Source: Vicugna vicugna (taxonomy: Eukaryota). From it: a stretch of DNA of 64,000 bases. Below, piece by piece: positions 40,706-53,930 of the stretch (its first letter is position 1; each line of letters opens with the position of its first letter). A program made the position numbers and the translations under genes. The DNA is taken from assembly GCA_013265495.1 (NCBI GenBank), contig MU059161.1:5355598-5419597 (forward strand). Direction: 5' to 3'. Below the pieces are notes generated by a model, which saw nothing but the letters and a program-made list of their open reading frames with translations, had not been told where the DNA came from and searched no databases.

Positions 40706-40847
40706 NNNNNNNNNNNNNNNNNNNNNNNNNNNNNNNNNNNNNNNNNNNNNNNNNNNNNNNNNNNNNNNNNNNNNNNNNNNNNNNNNNNNNNNNNNNNNNN
40801 NNNNNNNNNNNNNNNNNNNNNNNNNNNNNNNNNNNNNNNNNNNNNNN
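40706..40847. other. Assembly gap (142 N)
   Basis: Run of N; the flanks are collinear L1 ORF2. Confidence 0.99.
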
Positions 40848-43800
40848 AAAGTAGAAGAGGAAGAAATACTTCGAAAGTCAGTTTCCAAGGCCAGTATTGC
40901 CCTAATACCAAAGGCCGACAAGGACACTACAAGGACAAGAAAGGAACTGTAGGCCAGTATCTCCAGTGAACACAAATGCAGAAATCCTCAACAAAATATT
41001 AGCAAACAATGCATTAAAAGAGGCACACATCATGATCAAGTGGAACTTATTCCAGGGATGCGGGAATGGTCCAACATCCACAGATTAATTAATGTGGCAA
41101 ACTACATTAACAAAATAAAAATTAAAATTATATGGTCATCTCAATAGATGCAGAAAGAGCACGTGACAAAAGTCAACATTCTTTCATGATTAAAAACTCT
41201 CAACAAGCTGAGTACAGAGGGAACATGCTTCAACATAATAAAGACCCTTGATGTCAGGCCTGCAGCTGACATCCTACTCAACAGTGAAATTCTGAAAGCT
41301 TTTCCTCTGAGATCAGGATACCCATGCTCACTGTCTTATTCGACATAGTACTGGAAGTCCTAGCCGATACCTCATAGGCAACAGAAAGAATTAAAAGGGA
41401 TCCAAATCAGAATGGAAGAAGCAGAATCATCTCTATTTGCAGATGAAATGATACTACATAGAGAAAGCCCCAAAGACTCCACCAAAACACTTGTTAGCAC
41501 TAATGAAAAATTTTGGTAAAGTGGCAGGATACAAAATCAACATACTTGTGTTTCTCTACACCAACAACTATTAGAGAAATCAAGAAAACAGTCCTATTTG
41601 CAACAGTATAAAAAATAAAATGTTTTAACCAAAGACTTGAAAGATCTGTAACTGAAGAGTATGACACTGATGAAAGAAATTGAAGAGGACACAAATAAAT
41701 GGAAAGATACTTTGTGATCATGGGTTGGAATAATTAACATTGTTAAAATGCATATACTATACCCAGAGCAATCTACAGATTCAATGCAATCCCTCTCAAA
41801 ATTCCAAGGGCATTTTTTTTTTTTTGCAGAAATAGAAGAAACATTTCTAAAATGTATATGGATCCACAAAACGCCCCCAAACAGCCACAGTAATTTTGGT
41901 AAAGAACAAAGCAGAAGGCATCACAATCCCTGATTTCAAAGTATAAGACTATAGTAATCAAAACAGTATTGGCATAAAAACAGACACACAGATCAATATA
42001 AGAGGATAAGGAGCCCAGAAGCAAACCCATGCATATATATTCAATTAATTTATGACAGAGAAGCCAAGATATATACAATGGGGGAAAGGGTAGTCTCTTC
42101 CATCAACGGTGTTGGGAAAACTGGATAGCCACATGTGAGAAAATGAAAGTGGGCCCCTGTGTTACACCATACACAAAAGTCAATTCAAAACAGATTAAAG
42201 ACTTGAAACCAGGAAACTCATAGGAGAAAACATTAAGGGATAAGCTCCTTGACATTGATCTTGGCAATGATTTTTTGGATTTGAAAAAAGAATCCAAGAG
42301 CAAAACAGCCAGTGGGACTACGTCAAACTGAAAAGTTTCTGCCCAGCAAAGGAAACCAGAAACAAAATGAAAAGTGAACCTACGGAATGGGAGAAAATAT
42401 TTGCATATTTTGATAAGGAGTTAGTATCCAAAATACATACAGAACTCACACAACTCAATAGCTAAACAACAGATAACCCAGTTAAGAACCGGGCAGAGGA
42501 CCTGAATGGGCATTTTTTCCAAAGAAGGCTTACAGATGGCCAACAGGTACATGAAAAGATGCTCATCATCACTAATATTAGGGAAATGCGAATCAAAACC
42601 AAATGAGATCTCCCCTCACACCTGTTGGAATGGCTGTCATGAAAAACACAGAACTAGCAAGTGTTGGTGGGGATGTGGAGAAAAGGTAACCTTTGTGCAC
42701 TATTGGTGGGAATGAAAGCTGGTACAATCAATATGGAAAACAGCATGGGGATTCCTCAGGAAGTTAAAAATAGAATAATACCATGTAATCCAGCAATCTT
42801 ACTTCTGGGTATATATCCACATTAAATGAAACCATTGTCTCAAAGAGATGTCTGTCCTCCCATGTTCATAGCAGCATTATTCACCATAGCCGAGGTATGG
42901 AAATAACCTTAGTGGCTGTTGACAGATGGATGGATAAAGAAAATGTGGCATATCTATACAATGAAACATTCAGCCTTAAAAAGAAGAAAATACTGTCATT
43001 TGCAACAAATGGAAGCATCTAAAGGGTGTAATACTAAGTGAAATAAGACACAGAGAAAGTTAAGTACTGCGTGGTATCACTTATATGTGGAATCTAAAAA
43101 AAACTGAATTCGTAAAAACAAAGAGTAGAAAAGTGGTTGCTAGGATCTAGGAAGTGGGAGAAATAGGGAGAGTTTGATAAAAAAGGATACAGATGTTCAG
43201 CTATACGATGAATAAGGTCTGAGGAGCTAATATAGAACATGGTGACTGTAGTTGATAACACAATGTTATAATTGTAATTTGCTAAAAGAATGGAGCTTAA
43301 GTGTTCTCAAAAAAAAAGAAAAAAAGAAAGGAAGGAAGGAAGAAAGGGCAACTTTGTTAGGTGATGGATGTGTTAATTAACTTGATTGGGGAATCCCTTC
43401 ACAATGTATGTATCTACCAAATCATCAACTTGTACACTTTAAATATGGTACAGTTTTATTTGCCAATTATACCTTAGTAAAGCTGGAAAAAAGAGATTGA
43501 ATCATGACCAGTGTTACAAACTAGGCTACGTTGTCTCTCATTTTACAGTTTTCAAATACATCTTGACATGTATTATTGCATTTCATGCTGAAATCAATCC
43601 TAAGCCATTATCCCCATTTTGTAGATGAGAAAACAGGTTCCAAACAAACGGGAAACTTGTTTGAGGTCACAGAACCTTGCTCTGGTGGAGAGAGCCGCTG
43701 TCTGTGCTATTTCTGTCGTAATTGGCAGCCCCTGGAGTGAATGTGAGCGAGGCTGAGCGCGCCAGCCTGCCGTCGTTGGCTGGTGCTGATGTGAACACTG

Positions 43801-43869
43801 TGGATAATTCCCTCACCTTTGCTTCGTCTACATTTTTTAATCCTTCTTTCTTTATCTGCCAGGGCTTGG

Positions 43870-44040
43870 ACTTAACATGCTGTCCAGTACTACAGGAGCC
43901 ATTTACCACAGGAAGCTGGTTAAATTAAAATTAAATAAAATTAGAAATTCTGTTGCCTGGTCACACTTGCCATGTTTCCAGTGCTAAAAGCCACATGTTG
44001 CTACTGGCTACCATACTGGGCTGGGTAGAATATTTCCCTC
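43870..44040. mobile_element. MER3-type hAT element
   Basis: aaattaaaattaaataaaattagaaattc...cacttgccatgtttccagtgctaaaagccacatgttgctactggctaccatactgg. Confidence 0.7.
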
Positions 44041-44219
44041 TATTGACTGACCCTGGATCAGAGTGATTAGATTAAGAAAACAAAACCTGTGGGATATATA
44101 GTGTTTCAAAAAGCTGCTATTCAATGATGAATTTTTTAAAAAAATCTGGTTTTTGCTTGTTAAGGAGGAAGATTTAACTGTTTTGAACCCACTCTTAGTT
44201 CAGGTATCAGGTGATCAGG

Positions 44220-44420
44220 CAGGGAATATTTTCCTTGTGCTGATCTTTATGACAGTCCTGCAAGATCGGTGGTATTATCCCCATTTTATGGATGAAGAAA
44301 CTGAGGCTTGGTTACTTGACGAAGCATATGCACATTCTGAATAGCAAAGCAAGGATTCAGATTCAGATCTGCTCTCCAAACCCATACATCTACTCTGTTC
44401 TACACCTTGAGTCCTCAGTA
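44220..44420 (-). mobile_element. MIR SINE
   Basis: tattatccccattttatggatgaagaaactgaggctt. Confidence 0.75.
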
Positions 44421-44542
44421 AAAATAAGGGCTTTGCTTTTACTCCAAAGGCAGTGAATAGGATACACTGCACAAACATCACTTACAAGGATTATTATTAC
44501 CAAGATTTGGGGCTTTGGGAAAGATCTGAGTGGATAAACAGC

Positions 44543-44734
44543 AGCAGAATCTCATGACATACTTGTAGCAGAATCTCACGACATACTTGCTGCAAAGTAT
44601 CACCGAGCCTCACGACATACTTGCTACAAATATCACACGACATACTTGCTACAAATATCACGGAGCCTCACGACATACTTGCTACAAATATCACCGAGCC
44701 TCACGACACACTTGCTGTAAAGTATCAGCGAGCC
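44543..44734. repeat. Compound minisatellite: six copies of the core CA(C/T)GACA(T/C)ACTTG in 24-34-nt units plus a partial unit
   Basis: Units start at 44543, 44567, 44591, 44625, 44650, 44683 and 44716. Confidence 0.95.
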
Positions 44735-47700
44735 CTTTCCTTGGGCTTAACCCTCTCCTCTGCTTTCCTGCCACACAGTTGCCCCTTGTACAGCTTGAGT
44801 TACAAAAAAGCCACTCAGCTCCTGCACCAGCATTGTTTCTTTTTGATTCTACAAGTCACCAGAGTGCGTTTCTCTCAGCACTTGGAGCAGGTTTGCCATG
44901 AAATAGCAGTGAGGACACTTAAAGTTACTTTTAATGGCACCAGAGCCACGCTTGTTTCCATGTCTGTGGCCTGGTGTGTCAGCTGAACCATATGTTCTAA
45001 TGACACATCTTCCTGGCCCAGAGGGCTCTCTCAGCCTTCGATGATTCTAACCAAACATCCAGATCCAAGTCTGTCCATTTATAAGAAAGAGGAGAGTCTC
45101 CATTCAGGCATCTAATTGTTAGAAGTGGCCATCTGAGAGGAGCAGGACATGTTTCCAAGAGAGCTGCAGCATGGAATATGTGAGGGAAATGTCTTCGGAG
45201 CTCTGAAATTATGTAGGCAAGGTCATTACAAAGTCATTTAAAATTGCACCTCAAGACAGTTCGATGGCACAGTACCTACCCCTCACGGCTGATTTATTGC
45301 TTACTCTTTTAACTTTTTTTAAAAAAAGATCAGCAGATTGATTGTGCTGCCTATAGTTAGAGACATGCTTACTTTTTCTCAGGCCTGATTCATAAAACAT
45401 CACTGACCTGTTTTCAGCCTCCTTCCCCTCTGTGCCAGGGAGCTTCTCTGAGATTTGTAGCCTAAGTGTTTAGTGCTGAGTGAAACCAATATGCCACAAT
45501 CACAGCAGATGACCCAGAAGGAGGCATGGCCAACAGGCCCCTGGAATGAATCATCAAGCCTCCAGCTGCAAGAGTGAGGGAAGCAGAGAGGCAGATTAAG
45601 TGGGAACCTGGAGGAATTTGGATGGATGACCCTGGCCTTTTCAGGCTGTAGCTGTCCAGAGAACATGGCAGGCATTCCCCTGTCTCTGATCTCTCTGGAC
45701 CTTAGGTCCTCTCTCTGGCCCACTCACCTGGTTTGTCACCCAGAGTAGGTTCACCTTCTGCCCCCTTAGACAAGACACAATCTCTGAGCCCTTCATATGT
45801 TTGAGGTGTGAGTGATCGGAGGTAAGAGTATCAAGCAAAACCCTTGGGAGCCTCCAAAACTCTCTCGAAAAGCATTTCTACTTTTGTTGATGCTCATTGA
45901 CAGACTGCAGGCAGCTGTGGCTCAGTTTGCTAGTATCTCAGTGAATTCTTTTCTTTTGGGGGCTTACTCTTTTGTGAGTGTTCTTATTTCATTTTATTTT
46001 ACACTGATGACCTGCCTTCCATTAATTTATGTAACAGGCCAGGTATGTGCTATACATAGAAGTGGAGGATTAGAAAAAAATCACTAACTTTAAGATCCTT
46101 ATTAAGTATGTTGCATTCTGTGCACATACAGATCTTGTACAAATGCTGTTTATCAGAGAACCCTCTCTTCACTTCTCTTTTCATGCCATGGTGTTCAGAA
46201 GCCATCAAGGCCATGGAGTTGTGAGAACTAAGAGCTGTTCCCACTCCACTTAGAGGTCCATAAAATTGCCCTCCATGTCCGGACTGGGGGATGTTTCATA
46301 TAGCCAGTGACATTTTTCCAAGTCTGTTTATACCCTGCTGGTGAGAGTTCCTCTAAGACAATTTGAGATAAAACTTTAGGGGTAATTATGCTTTATGAGG
46401 ACATAATGTCCTTCAGGCTTCATTTCACATGATGTGAAATCAATGCTTATAGTCAATGCTTTTCTGTCTGTGTTCAAGCTAAAGGGCACAACATTAAACT
46501 TTCCCATAATTAGCCAAGAAGTTGGTGCCACACAAATGGTAAAAATGGGCTTCATGCCCTTTGCCTAAAGGCAAAACCAACACAAGGCAGGAGGTGTTTG
46601 GGGTCAACAACTTCTATCCACAAGTGCCCTGGAAAGCCTGGACACCAGGGAAGGAGGTAAAGAGACAAATGTCTTCCAGGCATTTTTTTTTTCACAATAG
46701 GATTAATATAGTGGCACTGAAACAGAATTATACATCAGTTAAAATGCAGTAACATCAACATTTTGGAATATGGTTGGACCAGGGTGGGGGAACGCAGTGC
46801 TGTTTAACCTCTTAAGAGCTTTTGTGTGTATGCGTGTGTCATCTTCATTTTCTTTTGTACATCGAAGCCAGGTTTCATCAGTATTTAAATGTTTTCAAGT
46901 TAACGTTTGAGATTGTGGCATGGAACATGATTCAGCCGTTTTCTCATTTATACAGGTATTCAGAAGTGTAATAAAAATGTGAATGTGAGTGGGAAAAAAA
47001 AATAGGAGGGAGGGACACAGCCCCACCCACAGTTGATTCAGATCAAATGTTGGGGAAAATAATGCCCCCATTGTCTTCATTTCCAAAGTGCGACAGAGCC
47101 ATTAAGTGCCTCTTTGCCTTCATTTCCCTGCTGCTTGGTGGGTCAGAACTGGTGTCTTCTCTAGCGTGGTGTCATCACCCAAGATCTCGGAGATCAGGGG
47201 GCCTAACTGGGTACTTATGTGCCCCAGGCTGAGGAACAACCAGACACCTTGTTCTTTTACAAACCAGTGTCTCCTGAAAAGACTTGATGATGTGAGGGAC
47301 CGTGAATATGAGAAAAGTGACCATGTCTTCTTCTGTTTCCATGCCTTTTGTTTTAGCTCCCTACCAGCCCATCCCTTATTTGTGGTTAGACAATACATTG
47401 GCATCCTTGGCTGAAGGGTGGCTCTTATTTGCATGCACTTCCCTGTTACCTGTTGGCTTGCAGGATTGTGGTTCTGTTTGTAACAGGTCTTTAATAGTCT
47501 TAGTCCCACACAGATTCATCGTTTATTGTGTGATGAGTATGTGTGTGCATGTGTGTGTGTTTTAGGATCTTTTTCAGACATCAACATTCTCCTCCACCTT
47601 TAAACCATGTACTACAATACATAACGATCTGACTACTTAAATTCATTCCATCAGAAGCAGAATTCTTTACGCGCCACTGTGTGTGGCAGAGTGTGTGAGT

Positions 47701-48829
47701 CCACGTGTGAATATTCATTCACACTGCGTTACACCCATGATGTACGAAGGTGACGGGAATGGAGTGGTCCGGCTTACTGCTCAGCGCAACTTAGTTTTCA
47801 TAAAGAAAGGAAGACCCAAAGCGGCAGCAATATAGCCAAGTGTTGAGATTTTTTTTCACAAAAGGTAATTCCTTTTTTTTTTCTTTCTATCAACTCATTT
47901 GAATAGATTACTTAATTAGCATTTATTGTTTGTACAATTCCTTGCCCAGAAGTAACGTTTTAGGGCCTGCAGTTTTGAAGAAAAGACAATTTAATGGGTG
48001 ATAATCTTGTATAGAATTTTCAAATTGATTTCTTGGCAGTAAATTGTTCCTCAATTGTAGTGCCTTCTCAACGCTCATCAGACACCAAGCCTTCTTTCTG
48101 AATGCATTCATAACCAGTAAAATGTTGTCTCCAGTTTCCTGTCATTTGAAACAGGTCATCACTTCGGGCACAGACATTTAAAGAACAACTATACTTTTAC
48201 TATTTCATTAGTGTGCTAGGAGAGTCGGAATGAGCTGTTGAAGTTTATAGAGCTTTGCGGTTCCAAATGGAAACTATTTGGCTGTACTCATCCCAAGAGT
48301 AGAGATAACCTTTTTCTTTGCATACAGAGTTGCTTCATTTAAATTCCGCTTCCTCTTGAGTCTTATTTATCAGCTTGATATACGGCTCGGGCAGTACAGA
48401 GCCTCACCAGAACCTGTTTGTGATTCCTCTTTCCTCCTCTTTTCCCAAGAATACCCCGGGAATAGAGCAAGCTCATTCATTGCCAAGGGAACTCTGGCAG
48501 CGGAGTGCAGTCTGGTCCTATTTTCAACTAGTTTCTTGGACTCTTTAGAAGGTATCACCTAAATGGATTACCTAAAAGGAGCTCTAGAAAATTTGAAATA
48601 AGTAAAAACAACAAGCATGCTGAAATCCCCTGTGATATTTGTGGCAGCTTTTACACTTCTGGCCTTCTGGGAGTGGTTAGTTTATGCGCAGAGCTATTTC
48701 AGACTTTGCCATTGGATTCAGTGGGGGCGGAGTGGTCTTATCATAGCCTCTGCCTGGACGTCTTCTAACCAAAATAGTTCTAAAAACGAATCTCACTGGC
48801 CTAACTCTCTCATTTTATCCATGAGGGAT

Positions 48830-49035
48830 TCGATGCTCAGATATTATAATAACAATCACAACTCTGATCTCATTTGAGGACTTTCTGTGTACTGAGCAAA
48901 AGACTCTGAGAACAGTCTTTCTTTTAATCCTCGGTGTCTGCTGCCCAACTGGTAAAGTAGGTGGGATCGTGTCAGTTTCCACAGATGAGGAAATAGTTTC
49001 AGGAAAGTCAGATGTCTTGGCCCACATCACACCAC
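48830..49035 (-). mobile_element. MIR SINE
   Basis: gtttccacagatgaggaaatagtttcaggaaagtcagatgtcttggcccacatcacac. Confidence 0.6.
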
Positions 49036-49559
49036 AGGTTGGCTGACACCCTGCGTTTGTGAGGATGCCCTTTCAAACGAAGATTTTGAATGAAGAAACA
49101 AAATGCACACCCTTATTTCCCAGAAGCTCTGTGGTATGGGTATCTTCTGGATTCTACATCCTGATGACAGCCCTTTGAAGCAAACCTTGGCTCCAACCGA
49201 GCTCCTTTATTCTCTCTCACCCGCTTTCCTCCAAACCCCATAATTTGTTGATTTTTAACCTCATGCTTTACCCTCAAGCACAAGTAGCCTTACCCTACCC
49301 TTTATGACTCCTTTATAACCCACGTCAGTGGTTTTTCTCATCCTGAACCCTTCTTGGATTAATCTCATGGATTCCTCCACTCAGAAAGGAAACGATGTTG
49401 AGTGCCTACTCTTGAGTCAGGAACCGCTCTTGGGGTACATCAGGGAACCAGACCGACAGGGCCCTATTTTATCGAGCCTGCACTCTTGGGTAGAGGGATT
49501 ATTGGAAAGCACTAAATTTAGATTCAGAAGACCAAGGCTAAATCAGAATGTGAAAACCA

Positions 49560-49872
49560 GCAGATGTGTCAAACTGCTATTTTTAATTTGGCCTATACAG
49601 TGCCTGAAAAATTAAATGAATTGGTAACATTTTAAAACCAAAAGATTCTACATAGAAAACCATCTGGATTTCTGGCATCTCAGTGGTGACCAAGCCCACT
49701 TCCCTGTAAGGCAGCAACCCACAGTCCCTGTGGCATGAACAGTTCTGCACCCGTTGGATGGGGTGGGGCCATTCACCACCTCTCCTCCATCACACCTTCT
49801 TGTGCCCAGTCAGCTAGACTCGGTCACATGATCTGCCAGTCCCTGTAGACATTTTAGATTTTGCAATCCATG
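49560..49872 (-). mobile_element. MER102-type hAT element
   Basis: ctggatttctggcatctc...ctgccagtccctgtagacattttagattttgcaatccatg matches the reversed MER102 consensus. Confidence 0.7.
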
Positions 49873-51459
49873 GAGTAAATGATTTATGAAGTTCCTTCAC
49901 CTCCTGGCACCACTGTGCTTGTCTGGCTTCCCACGGCACCAGTGTGGCCTCTCCTGGACCAGAGCCAGCAGGCAGACAAAGAGAACTTCTGCGGACCCAG
50001 AGGAGGCCGGGTCATCACGGAGCAAACCCAGAGCACTCTCAGACCCTGGACAGCGACCAGCGAGCTGTCTGCCCTCGAGCACCGTTTATGATCCATGCCA
50101 GGCCTTGAAGTTGAGGCCCCACTGCTTGAACTTTTTAAGAGATTTAGTGCAAATTAATAAAACCAACAAAGCCAGAAAACTAGAAATTATCTTGGGTAAG
50201 AGCCAAATGAATCAGACGTGAATAAGGAGAGAACTGTTTTAAGCAAAAGCAAGTAAAGAGCGCATAATATTTGGAGGAACTAATGCTGACTATTCTAGTC
50301 TTAAAGCTGGGTTTTGGTACTTTGAAAATCTTGACTAAAAATCAGTAGCAAACACAACAAGAACAGGTAATATTAATTGGAGATCTGTTTTGTGTTATCC
50401 ATCTCCCTTAAGTTAACCCACAGCTCTCACTGTACAGATGGGAAGCTGAGACCCGTGAGACTAAATCACTTGTCAGAGGTCATCTAACTACCATATTCCA
50501 CCACTTAAAATTGTTAATGATGTTGGCTTAATTCTTAATTTGCCTGACCGTATGGGGAAATCATTTGAGGGGTGGACAGAGGGCGCACACACACGTACAC
50601 ACAATGAGTGTAAAACTTCTGCTGACAAAGCTGGGCCCTCCATTGCCTGGGGTTGAGTAGATTCTTTCCCCATTGACATCCATTATCTAGATCTGTTTTC
50701 AACATTTGATGGAAATGTTCATTACGATCCATTCAGCCATGTTAAACCATCAAGGAAAAGTGATCAAGGTGCTTTACTGAAGAGTCCACACAGGCAACTA
50801 GATGATACACATAAAGCAAGCTGTTAAGTAAACACAAGAAATGCCAGGTGGGAGTTTGGTGATTTCAAATTCTTGTAGTGAATCTAATTAAAGAATATAA
50901 TTTGGTTTTAAAAGAAAAACAGTCTATCAGGGCAAATCCTACCTCCCAACATTTTTTTTTTTTGGCTGAATTCAATAAGATTCTAAGGAACATGTCACAC
51001 GAGACCAGAAATATTTAAAAAGGTGTTTGATGCGCCTTTCCTCATTTTCTCATGTTTATGTTCGAATATAACATGGGGGACTCTCACGGCAGAACAGAGG
51101 GTCGTCCCGGCAGTTAACGAGAATTGAAACTGGGCTTGGGGGCTTCCTGACACCCATGTTATCCTCTGCCTGGCTGAAGCATAAGCTGCCAGGATTCTGA
51201 CAGGAGAGCCCCCAAGAGTGTATGGGTCACAAAAAGCCCACTGTAAACAAGCTGTCTGCTGCCCAGGTGTGGGGCGGAGTGATTCTAGGTGTGTTTGTCA
51301 AAACAGAACCTGTCGCTTAGGATCCATGTCTGCGCACATGTGGATCTGCCTCCGGGCAGAGGCCCTTTTGTCAGTGTCTCTCTGGTCACACTGTGTTCCT
51401 GGCCCTCCCAGTTATCCTTGTTCTGGAACTGAGGAGACCTCCCTAGTGCCCCTCGGAGT

Positions 51460-51975
51460 GGCGAGAGCAGCGTGGTGCAGAGGTTAAGAGCATTAGGTTT
51501 GAAACGTGGCTCTGCCACTGGCTAGCCATTGGGCAAACTTTCGGTGCCTCCGTTCCCTCGTCTGTAACATGAGGGTAATGCTAGTACCCGTCTTGTACGA
51601 TTGCTAGGGGCTCAAATAAGTTAATTCGTAATTCATTTTAAATGCTTAGAATAGCACCTGGCACATAATGGGTTAAATCAGGTTAGAGGTTGTTAAATAA
51701 CATTCTAACGTGTGGGATGTTGCTTTTAACAGTAGCAACCAGGCTGTTGAGCCCATTTACGTGCCAAAACCAATAATTTAGACTATATTAGATCATTTAA
51801 TCTTCAGAATATAGAAGGTATATGTACAAAATATACAAGATTGTACTATTTTATCTCTATTTTCAGTTGGGAAAGCTGATGTGTAGAAGTGTTATTCATA
51901 TGCCCAAGTCACAGAGTCACCGAGTCATGGAGCCCAAACTTGAAAGAAATAGGCATCAGGCTTTGGCACCCATGC
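51460..51975. mobile_element. MIR (+, ~51460-51690) followed by MIR (-, ~51760-51975)
   Basis: gcagcgtggtgcagaggttaagagc...cttagaatagcacctggcacata; tttcagttgggaaagctga...tgcccaagtcacagag. Confidence 0.75.
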
Positions 51976-53289
51976 CCTTAACCGCTATCCTGAAAAGTGA
52001 CGCAACCACCTTTATTCTTACTCTTCCGAATTGAAGACTGAATTTATTCATTGCAAAAAGGCCGGATCTCTGAGAGTCTGGGCAGAAGACAGGGACGTGT
52101 ATTAGCTCCCTCATTACCCACGGTTTAAAGCAAGTAAGGGTGATGTAATTAAGCCACCAAATCACAGCACTTCCTGGGGAAAAAGGCAGCCTTTCTAGTG
52201 AAGGAAAATCCACAGCAACCAGTCTGGCTAGGGACTCCAGGGGCTTCTGGTACCTGTGTTATTTGCTCTGACCGGTGTTGGCTCCCCAACTAGACTATGA
52301 ACTCTTGGTTGACCAGATCGTGTTTATACAACTGCTAATCTCCCATGGTAGTCACGAGTGCTGGATGCTCTAAAGCTCAAGAAATATAAGTGAATGGACT
52401 AGTTCCACTCGTTTTGCACCCTGATATCAGTAATCCCTGTTGCTTACAGATTTTTCCAGTAGTCAAGGTAGGAATTCTAGAGTTCCCTTTGGTGCAAAGT
52501 TGGAGCTCTGGTGCTAATTCCTGTGGAGACCAGTGGAGCAAATTACTTTATAATGAAAACCATCATATCTCTTTTATGTCTGCAAAGCTTTTTATTGAAG
52601 TGAGAGGCTCTGCTGATAATCTTTGATTTCCAATCAAGAGAATTGTAGGGTAAAGTGAAATTTCGACCATCATTTGCTGATTATTTGATTGTTTGCTGTT
52701 TTTTAGTGGTTTTGAAAGATTAGAAAGTACCAAAGAAACGAGATATGCATGAACAAGGGAAGTAGAGAAGAGAATGTGTCCTTAAGGGAGGCCACAGGAA
52801 AAGTCATTGAAGGTGACAGAAGCCACAGTGGCACACTCAGAAAGGGCCTTATTCTGGTCCAACCACGTAGAAAATGATGACCTTGCAGTGAAGATAAGAC
52901 GGGTAATTTTAAGGAAAAAAAATGTGCTAAAGCCGGTCTTTCCCCTCCATCGGTACTTTCATTCTGGAAACTGCAGTGGGAGGTTAAATAGAGAATGGCA
53001 CCGTGTTCCAGGGCAGAGGGCTTACAGCCTATCAAAGCTAGGATTGGCAGCAGCTCTGAGCTGGTGTGTGCCCTCTCTTAATGAACTCTGCCTTTCAGCA
53101 AGGAAAGGTGTTTAGCTGGCATCTGAGGATTAGCATAAGCTTTTGATACTCTATCCTTCCTTTTGGGAGGAAAAAGTCAAACTTCAGATAATAGAATTTG
53201 AAAGCTTAAAAATATCTCATTCAGTTTGCTTTGGATAGCATTTGTCACTATCAATTACAGTTTTTTTTTTTTAAATAGAAGCTCCTTGA

Positions 53290-53405
53290 CTAGGAAGACC
53301 ATACATTCTGATTTGCCTGGGGTAGTCCTAGCTTCTGTCTGTTTCACTGGTATAATTATTAATATCTTTTTAAAATGTCTGTATGTGGATGATAAATAAC
53401 ACTCT
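53290..53405 (+). mobile_element. MER94-like hAT element
   Basis: tagga-agaccatacattctgatttgcctggggtagtcc...ggtataattattaat...ggatgataaat. Confidence 0.6.
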
Positions 53406-53429
53406 GTCTATACCCCAGTGATTCAGTAT

Positions 53430-53930
53430 CTAATCTAGAAAATCACTCACATATATGCACAAGGGTATTGCAGCTCTGTTTGTAATGTCACACAACACAG
53501 AAAACCACAGGAATGCCCACCAAGAGAATGACATTCATCCTAAGGTGCACCATCCTGCAGTTAGAAGAACGTGAAAGATCTGTATGTACTGAAATGGACA
53601 GATCTCCTAGATACGTCTCGAGGGGGAAAGGAAAAAACAATGCTCAGAATATTGTCCGATATCGTAATGTTTAGGTTACTTAAAAAATGCAAGCTAATTT
53701 AAAACCTATTGTAAAAACCATCTAAATAAGTATGTAGAGACAGGAGGCGAAAGGATATTCACCAAACTGGTAACAAGGGTTAAGCTGGATTGAAGGGATG
53801 GGTTGGCACTTGATATAGTGGTGAAGGATGACATTAACTGTCGCATTTCAGCTGTGTCACAAGGACACCATCACTTCATATTGCTTGTGGAGTTGATCGT
53901 TGATTTTAAATGTAACTTTAAATTTAAAAC
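53430..53930 (+). mobile_element. Ancient L1ME-type 3' fragment
   Basis: gcagctctgtttgtaat...gatctgtatgtactgaaatggacagatctcc...ggatattcaccaaactggtaacaagggt. Confidence 0.6.

Larger units (their letters stand above)
39615..43493 (+). mobile_element. 5'-truncated, degenerate L1 (L1MA8/9-like 3' end) covering ORF2 endonuclease, RT and C-terminal remnants and the 3'-UTR
   Basis: gatggacctaacagatatatacagaa...atagatcatatgctgggccac (EN); GIFSKEGLQMANRYMKRCSSSLI (C-terminal); 3' end ...tataccttagtaaagctggaaaaaa. Many stops and frameshifts. Confidence 0.9.

Noticed and set aside
40086-40975. ORFs containing X runs
   Set aside because: Artefacts of translating N gaps inside L1.
39615-43493. Active or intact L1
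   Set aside because: It has no 5'-UTR or ORF1, and ORF2 is riddled with stops, frameshifts and deletions.
44543-44734. CRISPR-like repeat-spacer array
   Set aside because: The DNA is mammalian, the inter-core segments are copies of each other rather than unique spacers, and there are no cas genes. It is a minisatellite.
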